A stretch of 64,000 nucleotides of DNA from Octopus vulgaris (taxonomy: Eukaryota): assembly GCA_951406725.2 (NCBI GenBank), contig OX597835.1, positions 49,724,001-49,788,000 of the forward strand, written 5' to 3'. A model generated the notes under the pieces. It worked only from the letters and a program-made list of their open reading frames with translations. It was not told the DNA's origin and did not search any database. Numbering within the stretch: the first letter of the stretch is position 1; each line of letters begins with the position of its first letter. Both the position numbers and the translations under genes were made by a program. Shown in pieces: positions 14,944 through 27,775 of the stretch.

Positions 14944-15997
14944 AAGGAGGGCGTATGTGTACCAGCGCTCAATAAGGTAATGTGTGCCTCAGCGTATTCC
15001 TGGCTAAAAAGTCGATATGGCAACAAAGTCCCTTTATCCTTTTAACGATGTTTCTGCGCTGGTTCTCTTTCCTGTGTTCTCTACCACAGTTTTGATTCTA
15101 CCCCAAACCTTCCAAGCATTAGGAATACTCAACCACTCGAATACCAATTAAAGGAGAAGATAATTCTGTTGATCGGCAGTTGCAATAGTTATTCCTCGTG
15201 GAAATTGATGGAAGATCAATTTACAAAACCATAACATCATTTAAACACCATTTTCCCGGATGGAAGACATAGCAAACACGTGGCGAGTTTTGGCCCGCGT
15301 CCACGTGGGTCTGTGTCAGTGTCTGTGTATCTCTGTACATGTGAGCGTGTATCTGTGTGCGTATACGTGTCTATGTGTATATGATACATACATATATATA
15401 TATGTTTACATGTCTCCGTACACCTGTCTCTGTGCATGTGTAGATATGATTCTGTGTTTCCGTATACGTGTGTCTGTACTGTGTGTATCTGTATGTGTGT
15501 GTGTGTATGAGAATCTGCGTAAAGGTGTATTTGTGTATATATGTCTACGACCGCGTATATCTTTGTATGTGTACTTATGTTAGTGTATATTTATATAATG
15601 ATTTGTGTCTGTGTACGTCTATGTAGATGTGCTTCGATGTTTTAATGAGTAAATATGTATTCAGTGTTGGACTCGTCATCAATTTTGAAAGTATATGAAG
15701 ATATCAGCCATATTGTTTTCTTGATTTCTGCCAATCTCCAGAAAATGAAAGAAAATAAAATAAATTAACAGATTGTCTTTACTTGAGCAGCATGTTAATT
15801 CGGGAGGTTGATTGTTGATTCCTTGTGATTATTTCCCTTTTCTTACTTGGAGTTGGTATCCATGCCGTTAGGTATTTGTTTACCTTCTCTGGAAACAAAA
15901 ACTAATTTCAATAAATCAAGCATTTGTTTTGCTTGGCATTTATATTTACTGTTTTCTGTATTTGTTGTCCAAACTGATATATGTATGTATGCATACA

Positions 15998-16028
<31 letters not shown>

Positions 16029-16046
16029 GCATAATGTAGGTATTGA

Positions 16047-16502
<456 letters not shown>

Positions 16503-16544
16503 TAAGGGTATGCTTGTGTGTATATCTTTGAGAGTGCGTTTGAA

Positions 16545-16745
16545 TGTGTGTTTTGTTTGTCTCCCTCGACCGCTTAACAACCGGTGTTGGTGTGTTACGC
16601 CCCGTTACTAAGCGGTTCAGCCAAAGAACCAACAGGATAAGTACCGTGCTTTAAGTCCTGCGGTTGATTCATTTGGCTAAAATTCCTCAAGACGGTGCCC
16701 CAGCATGGCCGCAGTCTAAAGACTGACACAAGTAAAATATAAGAG
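16545..16745 (+). mobile_element. OR-like SINE, 3' half (COE intron)
   Basis: gcttaacaaccggtgttggtgtgtt...ggtgccccagcatggccgcagtct; homologous to 40970-41140. Confidence 0.75.
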
Positions 16746-16768
16746 ATACACATACACACACAGACACA

Positions 16769-16826
<58 letters not shown>

Positions 16827-17131
16827 TGTTTATCCAGTTACTATTTGCCCGTCTCGTTCTGTTATGTTTTGGTCCCATATCTCCCGGCAGCCTTCTTGTC
16901 GGTTGCCACCAGAAGGGAAACAATGTTATCGCTAAAGGCGCGAAATTGTCTTTGACCTTCTGATGAAGAGTTGGGGACTGTTTTCCGTTCGACTGTGCAT
17001 TTACTATACAGTTTTTAAACTGTGCGTGTGTGTGTTTGTGTGTGTGTTGTCTATATGTATACGTGTATATTGAAATGCTTAATTTTCACCTTCTGTCATA
17101 AACATTTATCTTTTCCCGTTCGGGAATGCAG

Positions 17132-17220
17132 CCTTAACAGAACCGACTATAGACTACGGATTTCAGAGGCTTATGAAACTTGTACCCAGACACCCTGGAG
17201 ACCCAGAACGGTTACCAAAG
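17132..17220 (+). CDS. COE: COE/EBF internal exon (HLH helix 1 and loop)
   Basis: aatgcAG|CCTTAACA...CCAAAG|GTtagt; 89 nt, phase 1 to 0. Encodes (A)[29 protein letters not shown]. The ORF track does not show it in this frame. Confidence 0.97.
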
Positions 17221-17616
17221 GTTAGTAAGGTCCTGTCGGTGTTGCTGACACACCTATATTCATTTTATATATTTGACAGAGCCCGTATTATCTCTGATCT
17301 CCCAGACCAAGCCCAGGGCTGGTCTGGTCTTACAGGTACACACTGGATTTAGCATCAGCAGATCTAGAACTTCATTATCCAATGTCTCTTCTATTTTTAA
17401 AATAGTATCTTGTAATTTGGAAGGAATTTCGTGGTTATTTTTAGCAGATCAGTTCATGTTTTCTTGTAGTGGTGTTGTGTTTATTGTTTAGTCTGTGGCC
17501 AATTTTGATCATGGGATGTATAATAAAAGAGGTGACTTATACTTTCATAAGACACAAAATATTTTGATTTGTTTTTTTTTTTATGCATTTCCTGGTAACC
17601 TTTAATTATAAAAATA

Positions 17617-17872
17617 GGACATCGAGCTGGCCGAATGGTTAGCAGGCTGGGCCAAATAGGGTATCGAGCTGGCCGAATGGTTAGCAGGCTGGGCCAAATG
17701 CTTAGCGGCATTTCGTCCATCATTACGTTCTGAGTTCAAATGCTGCCGATGTCGGCTTTGTCTTTTATCCTTTCGGGGTCGATAAAATAAGTACCAGTTG
17801 TGTACTAGGGTCGATGTAATCGATTTGCCCTTTTCCCCGAAATTGCTGGCCTGGAGCCAAAATTTGAAATCA
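17617..17872 (+). mobile_element. MetaSINE-like SINE with a duplicated head and a 22-bp target-site duplication
   Basis: 37-bp head repeated at 17621-17657 and 17663-17699. Flanks GTAAC[C/A]TTTAATTATAAAAATA at 17595-17616 and 17873-17894. Confidence 0.85.
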
Positions 17873-18339
17873 GTAACATTTAATTATAAAAATACGGTAG
17901 GATGAGTTTTTTCTATATGCGTCGAATTGCTCTGAGGATGCAGTAAAATGGGGATGAAAAGGATCGACGGGCAAGAAATGGTCGAGAGGAGGGTGTCGTA
18001 GGGTGCGTGGGGGTTTGGTGTTCTGGGGTAGGGAGTAGAACATTCTAAGTCTTGTGCGGTGCTTGGTGGCGTAAAGTAAGGCCATGGTTTTTGGTATCTT
18101 GTTTAGGTACTGTAGCACATGGGGGGTGGTGATAGGAGAGGGTGAGTTACACACCACTGCGACACTCATGGCAAGCAATCTTTCCCTTCTCTCTCTCTCT
18201 CTTTTCTTCGTTATGTCTCTCCGTTTATTTCTCCCCCTCTCACACTGTTTCTTTTTCCTTCTCTATTCCTATCACACAAACTCCCGCACTCACGCAAAGC
18301 GGACATTGTTGCAGCTGCTGCTGCTGCTGCTGCTGCCAC

Positions 18340-18396
18340 GGATGATGAAGATGATGTTTACAATGATAATGATGATAATGTTGTTGCTGCTGGTGG

Positions 18397-18483
<87 letters not shown>

Positions 18484-18586
18484 CGATGATGATGATGATG
18501 ATGATGACGATGATGATGATGATGAAGATGATGATGATGATGATGATGATGATGAAGATGATGATGACGATGATGACGATGATGAA

Positions 18587-18625
<39 letters not shown>

Positions 18626-18626
18626 C

Positions 18627-18663
<37 letters not shown>

Positions 18664-18920
18664 GATGTGATGATGATGTGACAGTGAAGATGATTGCAGT
18701 GAACTGTGGCGTTGTTGCAGTAGAAATTGGAAAGGGCATTGGATGATGTTCTTACGTGTGTGTGCGTGTGTGCTGTGTGGTATGTGTGTGTGTGTGTGTG
18801 TGCGTGTGTGTGTGCGTGTGTGTGGTGTGTGTGTGCGTGTGTGTGTACGTGTGTGTGCGTGTGTGTGTGTGGTGTGTGTGAGTGTGTGTGCGTGCGTGTG
18901 TGTGTGTGTACGTGTGTGTG
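18340..18920. repeat. (GAT)n tract followed by a (GT)n tract
   Basis: Direct inspection; source of the poly-Met ORF. Confidence 0.95.
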
Positions 18921-19254
18921 ATTTCAATGATTTTTATCAGAAGTGTCACTGAACCGTATGATGACAGCATCCCGGAGACATGGTTCTCGGTTGCTAATGG
19001 TAACAACAGCAACAACAACAACAACAACTCCAAAATGAACGGTGTCAACAACAATAACAAGCGTAACACGCCAACAACAGCAGCAACAACAACAACATCT
19101 GCAGCACCAGTTAAGAGCCACGCTAACAATTAACCGTGTGAGCAACAGTAACAACAAGCTGGCAAGGAGGCCACTGCATGGTCGTTCTACTTGCTAGAAA
19201 TAGCAATCAAATCTTCCTCAAACCACATGCTGTTGTCTTTAAGGAAGCAACGTT

Positions 19255-20330
19255 GTGGCAGAATCGTTAGAAACGTATACAAAATACCTATTTCTTTATT
19301 ACCCACAAGGGGCTAAACACAGAGGAAACAAACAAGGACAGACATAGGTATTAAGTCGATTACATCGACCCCAGTTCGTAACTGGTACTTAATTTATCGA
19401 TCCCGAAAGGATGAAAGGCAAGGTCGACCTCGGTGTGGTATTTCATCTTGTTCTTTGCTTTCAGCTTTCAAATCATTCCACGGTCAGTTTCGCCTTTCAT
19501 CCTTTATGAGTCGATGAAACCAAGTACCAGTCGAATTGCTGTGCTTTTACTTATATTACAAACCATTATTGTGAAGGCAATATATTAGCAGAATGTTTAG
19601 AGCGCCGTACAAAATGCCTTGTGATATTTGTTCCGGGTAAAGCGGTGAGCTATTTCGGCCGTCCTTACGTTCTGAGGTCAAATTCTGCCGCGGTCGACTT
19701 TGCCTTTCATTCCTTTCGGGGGGTCGATAAAATAAGTACCAATTGAGCACTGGGAACTTGACTTAAACCCCTCCTCCGCCGAACTTGCGGGCCTTGTGCC
19801 AAAATTTGAAACCGATATTTGTCCAGTTTCTTTACGTTCTGAGTTCAAACCCCACCGGGGTCAACTATGCTTTCCATCCTTCGCGATTAACAAAGTTTTA
19901 AAGTATCGATTTTAGGCGGTGGACTGACTGGTCATACGAAATGCCTTGCAATATTCGTTCTTGTTCTAAGGTGGCCGAGGTCGACTTTGCCTTTCATCCT
20001 TTCGGGGTCGATAAATTAAGTACCAGTTACGCACTGGGGTCGATGTAATCGACTTAATACCTATGTCTGTCCTTGTTTGTCCCCTCTATGTTTAGCCCCT
20101 TGTGGGTAATAAAGAAATAGCTATTTCGTCTGTCTTTACGTTCTGAGTTCCAATTCCGCTGAGGTCGACTTTGCCTTTCATCTTTTCTGGATCGATAAAT
20201 TAAGTACCAGTTGCTTACTGGGGTCAATCTAATCGACTACCCCCTCCCCAAAAATCTCGGGCCTTGCGCCTTGAGTAGAAAAGAATATTTGTTCCAATTC
20301 TTTACGCTTTGAGTTCAAATCCCGCAACAT
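19255..20330. mobile_element. Nested cluster of at least 5 MetaSINE-like copies in both orientations
   Basis: Recurrent gcctttcatcctttcggggtcgataaa..aagtaccag; one copy is inverted (19288-19433). Confidence 0.85.
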
Positions 20331-20708
20331 AATCTGAAACTTAATCGGTCTAACACCATCACTAATCCCTCAGTATCTTTAGCAGTTGCTCCTTTGTTAC
20401 AAGGGCCTGGTCTCTTAGAAGACCCTTCCTTCTCTGAGTCTCTCACCCTCCTACTCATCACCCGTCCTACCACCTCCACCTCTCTCTTTCGCTCTCACTC
20501 TTACTCTCTCTATCTCTTTCTCTGGACTCGGAGCTCTTCAGATAGGTCTTAGACACTGCCCTAAACTAAATGATGAAAAAATATTTCTCTCATCCACTCC
20601 CCTTCTACAGTCTCTCTTACTACCACTTCCACTCATCTCTTTCAATCTCTCTCACACTCTCACTCTCATGTCTCTCACTCTTCATCCATTCTTCTCAATA
20701 TTTTGCAG

Positions 20709-20901
20709 GAAATCATCTTGAAGCGAGCGGCAGATCTAGCTGAGGCCTTATACAGCATGCCCCGCAACCCTAACCAGTTGTCTCTGCCAGCACCCCGTTC
20801 ACCTGCCATGAACAACACGTCAGCGATGTCCAGTTTCAATACCTACACAAGCCAGTTGGCTGTTAGTGTCCAGGACGCGGCCAATGGTCAGTGGGAAGAA
20901 G
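20709..20901 (+). CDS. COE: COE/EBF internal exon (HLH helix 2 and linker)
   Basis: Long pyrimidine tract, then ttttgcAG|GAAATC. Encodes EIILKRAADLAEALYSMPRNPNQLSLPAPRSPAMNN...QLAVSVQDAANGQWEE. Donor G|GTtggt, phase 1; an alternative in-phase donor follows 20886. Confidence 0.93.
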
Positions 20902-20933
20902 GTTGGTTAGCTCTATATCCAACCGTTTTGAAT

Positions 20934-20965
<32 letters not shown>

Positions 20966-21573
20966 CATACATACACACACACATATACACACACACGCAC
21001 GCACACACACACACACACATATATATACGCTCATATACACATATATACACACATATACACACGTACATATATACATACATATTCACATATATATATGTTT
21101 ACACATGCATATATGTGTGCGTTTATGAGTATGTATATATGCTTGTATGCAATGCTTGCATGTTTGCATGTATGTAAGTAGGTATGCATGTATACGCCTT
21201 TATACACACACACATGTATATATATGCATAGACATACATAAGCATGCACTTGTGCGTTGAACACAACCCAACCTATCTGCCAGGACGCATAAAATCACAG
21301 CATAATAAATGAGTAAGGGTTTTCAGAATTGCGACATCGTAAATATTGAAGAGAATGGAACACCAGGGAATAATGGTGCCAGATAAATACATGTGAAAAT
21401 AAGGGTCTCTGTGCTTGGGCCAGGTTCCCTTTCTACGAACTGAACTTGCTTCAACAAGCGGCACGGTAAATATGACGCAGTGGTACTTCGTGCATTTTCG
21501 GATTCCACACAATTCCAAGTGATCGGTTTATGAAACTAACCTTAAAGAATGGATCTTTTGGTATGGATGTATG

Positions 21574-21608
<35 letters not shown>

Positions 21609-21886
21609 TATAATTCGGGTAAAATCCTCGTAACGTGCATTTAAGGACTCGTATATCGTTATTTGCCTCCTACATGTTATTTTACAGAAGAGTATATTCC
21701 AGGCCTACATGTGGAACTCTTCTATGCATACGATTAATACAAAGATAACATAACATGTGGTGGACGGAGGATATAAGGCTTCCAAAGTAGGTTACGATAA
21801 TTGTTTCAGTCACTTAAAGCTGGTGTACGGCGCAGAAACGAATGTTGCGACCACTTTGAAAGCTTGATGTCCTCCATCCTCGTGTC

Positions 21887-21955
<69 letters not shown>

Positions 21956-22108
21956 ATTTATTTAAGTGATAGACTAATTGGTGAACAAAGAGAAACGTAC
22001 AGTAAAAGATACCTAAGCAGATATTTAGACAGGAGAGAGAGAGAGAGAGAAAAATACATTAAATTAATTAGATACAGACACAGATAAATACTTGGATAAG
22101 TAGACACA

Positions 22109-22153
<45 letters not shown>

Positions 22154-23103
22154 GCACTCACAAACATTGATACACAGACTGACAGAAGTTTATTCTTTTG
22201 GTCCGTTTCATAAATCGATTCATTTGATACGGTTTTCAGGCAAAAGTTGTGTTGGGCTTGCGAGGTAGCATCCTGCATATATAACTGTCTTTATGTGCCG
22301 AAGCGAGTCGGACACACAGAGAAAAGACCTGCTTCAGAGCTAAATAGCTTTTCACGAGTGACTGGTTTGAAACACCCTTCAATAAGTTTACCTACATACA
22401 CATTTACACACACACACAGACTAACACCTTCATACACACCATTTGCATGTATACAAACATACTTGCATAGAAACACAATAAATATAAGAATGCAAACAAT
22501 CCTATACATTCATATATACAAACATGACTACCCAGGCAGAAACGTGTGATACAAGCTGCTCGTTATTTGCACTCAGATCACTGAATGGTAACGTACTAAT
22601 CTTGAAATGTTGAAGTTTTCAGGCAATGGAATAAGGTCGTAGTCTTGTACTATTGAAATTAGTAAGTGGAACGGTTAAAATATGCAAAACATTCCTAAAG
22701 TTTAACAAATGACACCTTACAATTGCTGATGTCAAAAATTCTAACGATGGAGGTTTGTTTCCAATCAATTCCATATATATTTAATTCCGTATATACACGT
22801 GCATACATACATGAACATATATGTATAAGCGATATATATATTTTCACACACATATATGTGTGTGTGTGTGTGTGTGTATTTTAATTTTTGCTTTTATTTC
22901 AAGTTATATTTGAAAAAAAAAAAGAACAATTTAGCATTAAATTGAAGGACTGCTCAATACTTTTACGTTGAGTGCATATTCACGAATGTTTTACAAAGAA
23001 AAGATTGACAGGAACTGCAAAGACTCACCTTGTCGAAACTTCGAAGTTACTGTCACAACTTTTTCTTTGTAAAAGTGTGTCTATGTATGTATATAAATGC
23101 GTG

Positions 23104-23155
<52 letters not shown>

Positions 23156-23418
23156 CGCTCGCGTACACTCACAATCGACAAGAAGTCAACTAACTGTTCT
23201 ATAAGTTATAAGAAACAGCGACCAAATCCCCTCAGAATCACGCCTATTGTCTTAAGAATGAGAAGGGCACTTCGATAAGAGTTATTAACATGCTTCGAAG
23301 CATTGATCCTGCGGATCAGATCAGGGTTGATCTGAAAGAAGAAACATCTTCACAAATGTTGTTGTTGTTGTTGCTGTTATTGTCAGTACTTATTATCTTT
23401 TAAGATTGGTGTGCTTAA

Positions 23419-23640
23419 GGTGGCGAGCTGGCAGAATGGTTAAATCGCCGAGCAGGAGGCTTGGCGGCGTTTCGTCCATCTTTGCGCTCTGACTTCAAAT
23501 TCCGCCGAAGATCACTTTACCTTTTAGTCTTTGATTAAAAGAAGTACCAGCTGAGCCCTGGGGTCTATATAATCGACTTGCCTCCTGCCCCTACCTCATA
23601 CCACCCCAAATTGCTGGCCTCGTGCCAAATTTTGAAACCA
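23419..23640 (+). mobile_element. MetaSINE-like SINE
   Basis: ggtggcgagctggcagaatgg (A box)...acttcaaattcc (B box)...aagtaccagctgagc...tgccaaattttgaaacc. Confidence 0.75.
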
Positions 23641-24387
23641 GTATTGCTGTCATTCCTGTTTCTCTTTTCTCTTCTTCTTGTTAATGTTGCTGTTGTTCAT
23701 ACTGCTGTCGGTAGAACTGTTCTCACTGTTGTTGTTCTTTTTATTTTTCTTGTTGTCATCAGTAATAATTGATAACAAAGTCAAACCGTTTAACCCCTAC
23801 CCCTGCCTTCTTTCCTCCCCCCTCTTTTTTATTCATTGCTTTTTTTCCCCCTTAAAGTCTTCATTTATTCATATTTTAATTTCTTTCTTTCTTTACTTTC
23901 AAGGGCCGGGAGTGGGTGGGGGGAAGGGCCGATGTCTCCACCACATACCAACTCCACCACCAACCCACATTACAAACGCACGCACAGAAACACATGAATG
24001 CAATCATACGCACACACACATGCCATTAACCGCAATGTTGCATTTTCCATAGTCAAACTGACGCATACACACACACACACACAAACACATTCTTGGTGTG
24101 CGTTGTTACTCGTACATGTACACACACAGATCTGCGAACCTCTGCTACTATTTGCAGCCAGCAAGAAAATCCTAAAGTGATCGTTGAATTTGCGAGAAAC
24201 AGCAACAAAATCTCCCTCAAAACACACCTTAAAGTTGAAATATAGTGACTGATACACATGCAAAATGATGAGATGGTCACGGCTGGAATGCTTTATATCA
24301 TAGGCCTGCTGTTTGATGCTGGTGTTTCCTTGGGGCTAAGCATCAACAACTACAATTATACTATTATATATATAATACATTCATATA

Positions 24388-24442
<55 letters not shown>

Positions 24443-24714
24443 CATTCATATATGTACATAATATATATATATATATATATATATGCATACTATTTATACA
24501 TACATACATAAATGCCTTCAAACATATGTATTTCCGTGTATGTGCATCCGGGTGTGCAGGCAGTGTACATGTATGTGCGTGTGTGAGTGCTTTTCGAAGT
24601 CACTCATTAATACTCTTATTTACGAATAAATTTGTACTCTACAAAGTACAGAGTAAGCCATCAAACTAACGTAAGATTCTTTCTAGTATAATTGAACTTA
24701 AAACAAATATTAAT

Positions 24715-24739
24715 ATATACATATGAGTATATATATATG

Positions 24740-24778
<39 letters not shown>

Positions 24779-24978
24779 TTACATATATATGCATATATAT
24801 ATGTATGTATATATATATATATATGCATATATATATATATACGTATATATATATGCATATATATGTATATATATACATATATACATAAATATATTTTTAA
24901 TATATTTATGTATATATATATATGCATATATATATACATAAATATATATATATATATGTATACATATATATATACATA

Positions 24979-25028
<50 letters not shown>

Positions 25029-25200
25029 CATAAATATATATACATATATATATGTACATACGCATATATACATATATATATATATGTACAGATATACATA
25101 TATATATATATATATAAGTACATATATACAAATCTGTATATATGTTTATATATATACATATATATATATACATACATGTATATATGCATTTTTGCATGTA
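24715..25200. repeat. (TA)n-rich compound microsatellite
   Basis: Direct inspection. Confidence 0.95.
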
Positions 25201-26194
25201 TATACGTATGACTTATCTGTTTTTATGCATTTATACGGAGGTGTGTATTTGTGTGTATGAATGTATATCTAAGTTTGTTTGTCTCTGTTTATGAGTGTAT
25301 AATATGTATGTGTGTATGTAAGTGTGTGTAGTTGCATGCAAATGTTTGTACGTGTGTATGTGTGCATATACGTGTGCATGCAGTGTGCATCGGCTAATAT
25401 TCAATTAGACAACTCCAGACGTCATGAGGTGGGCGTGGGGGCGGGTGGAGGCGGAGGAAGAGACACGAATGGAGGTGAGAGAGGAAGAGGAGGAGGAAGA
25501 GGTAGAAGGGATGGTGTTATAAAATATTCACGTGAGTGATACACAAGAAGTGGCAACACTGTAGAAGTGGGAGGAGTGGTATGAGGTGGGGCTGATCAAG
25601 AGAAGAGCGAGTGATAACGTAGTATAGGATGCTGGTGGTGGTGGTGATCACAGTGGTAGTGGTTTCTGCAGCGATGTTATCTGTGGTTGGTGTTATAGTT
25701 AACATATAAATATACATACAACTATATATATACAAAAAATTCACGTGTGTGTGTATGTATATATATATACACATACATACATGCGTATACAGATATATTA
25801 TACATACATACATAAACACATATGTGCGCGTGTATTTCGTTGCTGCTATTTGTGAATGGTCAACCCTGACACAGGTTACATACGATTAAATGCTTTCCAG
25901 TCGTGGCCATCAAGGGCCAAATGCTTCCAATGTGCTTTCTATTTTTGAGCTTCTAACGTAGTAAGGGTGTGATTAAAGCTGGTGTTTCTACCCGGTTAAA
26001 CGAGTTGAATCTCTAGAATGTCTGTGCAGAACTTACCGAGAACTAAACAACAACAACAACAACAACAATGATGAGATGTGATTGGAGGAAAAAAAAAACA
26101 AAATAGAAAAGTAAATTTTAAAAAATATCTTTTCTTCCAATCTGACGAATTTACATAAGAATGAGAGGCGTCAGCCCCGGTAAGCAAGCATTTT

Positions 26195-26590
26195 CCCGGC
26201 CCTCTGTCGGTTACGACGACGAGTGTTCCAGTTGATCCGATCAACGGAACAGCCTGCTCCTGAAATTAACGTGCAAGGGGCTGAGCACTCGACAGACACT
26301 CGTACTCAGCAAGGTTGGCTCTTTTCAATTTTCATGTATACCTCATTTTTGCCAGCTGAGTGGAGTGCAGCAATGTGAAGTAAAGTATCTTGCTCAAAAG
26401 ACACAACGTGCCACCGAGAATCGAACTCAAGACTTTACAGTCGTGAACCAAATACACTTACCACTTAGCCACGCGCCTACGCATCTAACAACTGTCATGT
26501 AGCAAGCATTTGTAAAGAAATTATCCTGTATATAAAGGTGGTGCTCCAGCATGGCCGCAGTCAAATGACTGAAACAAGTAAAAGAATAAA
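26195..26590. mobile_element. Composite of SINE-like fragments upstream of the last COE exon
   Basis: Ends with the OR-like tail ggtgctccagcatggccgcagtcaaatgactgaaacaagtaaaagaa (26539-26586); a - strand tRNA-like piece lies at about 26340-26480. Confidence 0.55.
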
Positions 26591-26741
26591 CTACTTTCAC
26601 AGATGTTTGATACGAATTAACCCGTTCTTTTTTCTTGTCTTTTTTCCTTCCTATGCAATACAACATGGCTGCCACCGAATGTAAGCGATACGTTATAAAT
26701 TGAAACTGACGCCATTTTCCATTTCTCTCTCTTACGTCTAG

Positions 26742-26885
26742 GTTATGGCCGCGGTCAAAGTTCAAGCGTTTCGCCACGAGGTTATGGTTCGAACGGCTCA
26801 ACTCCACATAGTAGCAGCAGTAGTAGCTACAGTACTACAGGCATGAACGGTTACCATGGAAGCGCGGGTGGGCTTGGAAATATGG
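26742..26885 (+). CDS. COE: COE/EBF internal exon (Ser/Gly-rich C-terminal region)
   Basis: ctctcttacgtctAG|GTTATGGC...AATATGG|GTgagt; 144 nt, phase 1 to 1. Encodes (G)[47 protein letters not shown], with the COE-family SSSVSPRG, STP and MNGY motifs. Not in the ORF track. Confidence 0.93.
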
Positions 26886-27648
26886 GTGAGTATATGTTTT
26901 CTTTAACGACTCTTGAAAAATTGTATATGAATAGATAGATAGATAGATAGATAGATACGTTCCAATATTTATATAAGAAAGAGGTTTTCCGTGATTGTTC
27001 CATGTCTGAGTGTGAGTATGAGTGTACAACAGAAGCATATGTACGAAAAAATGTTTGTAAATACATACCTCTTGAAATATCAATGTGCAATACACACACA
27101 CACACACACAAATCAGTCTTGGGTGTGTAATATATAAAAAAGATTTATCTCTTACATTTTATACGTGTTTCGCTGACCATCATGAAGCAGATCACGCACG
27201 GATATCCTTTCGTAATCTTCGATATTCACGTCATCGGAAATGCTACGTATATTACCTGTGTGTATATGTTGTCGACTTAGACAAGTGACAATAAAAACAC
27301 TAATAATAAACTGGTGTCGATACCGTTGGGAATACATCGAGTATAAATAAGAAAGATTTTTACTTTTCCCTTATGACATTTAATAATACCGCCATTTTGA
27401 ACGCAAAATGGTTCCATTCATATATAATCATCCCAGACGAATCCCTAAAACGAAATGAAAGCGCTGAATAAATAATTATTCCAAATTCAATTCTGATTTC
27501 CTCCTTTTTCTTTATATAGGAAATTTGTACACCACTTCAAACAATGTGTATATATGTGTGTGTGTTTGCGTGCGCCCGCGCGTTTGTGTACACACGCACA
27601 CACACATACACACACATACACAGAGAGATATATATATATATATATATA

Positions 27649-27775
27649 GGCGCAGGCGTGGCTGTGTGGTAAGGAGTTTGCTTCCCACCCACATGGTTCT
27701 GAGTTCAATGCTACTGTATGGCACTTTGGGCAAATGTCTTCTACTATAGCCTAGGGCCGACCAAAGCCTTGTGAC
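27649..27775 (+). mobile_element. OR-like SINE, 5' part
   Basis: ggcgcaggcgtggctgtgtggtaagg (A box)...gagttcaatgc (B box)...gggccgaccaaagccttgtg. Confidence 0.8.

Noticed and set aside
16936-16980. GAAA...TC...CTGATGA arrangement resembling a permuted hammerhead in the COE intron
   Set aside because: No pairing is possible for helix I or helix II.
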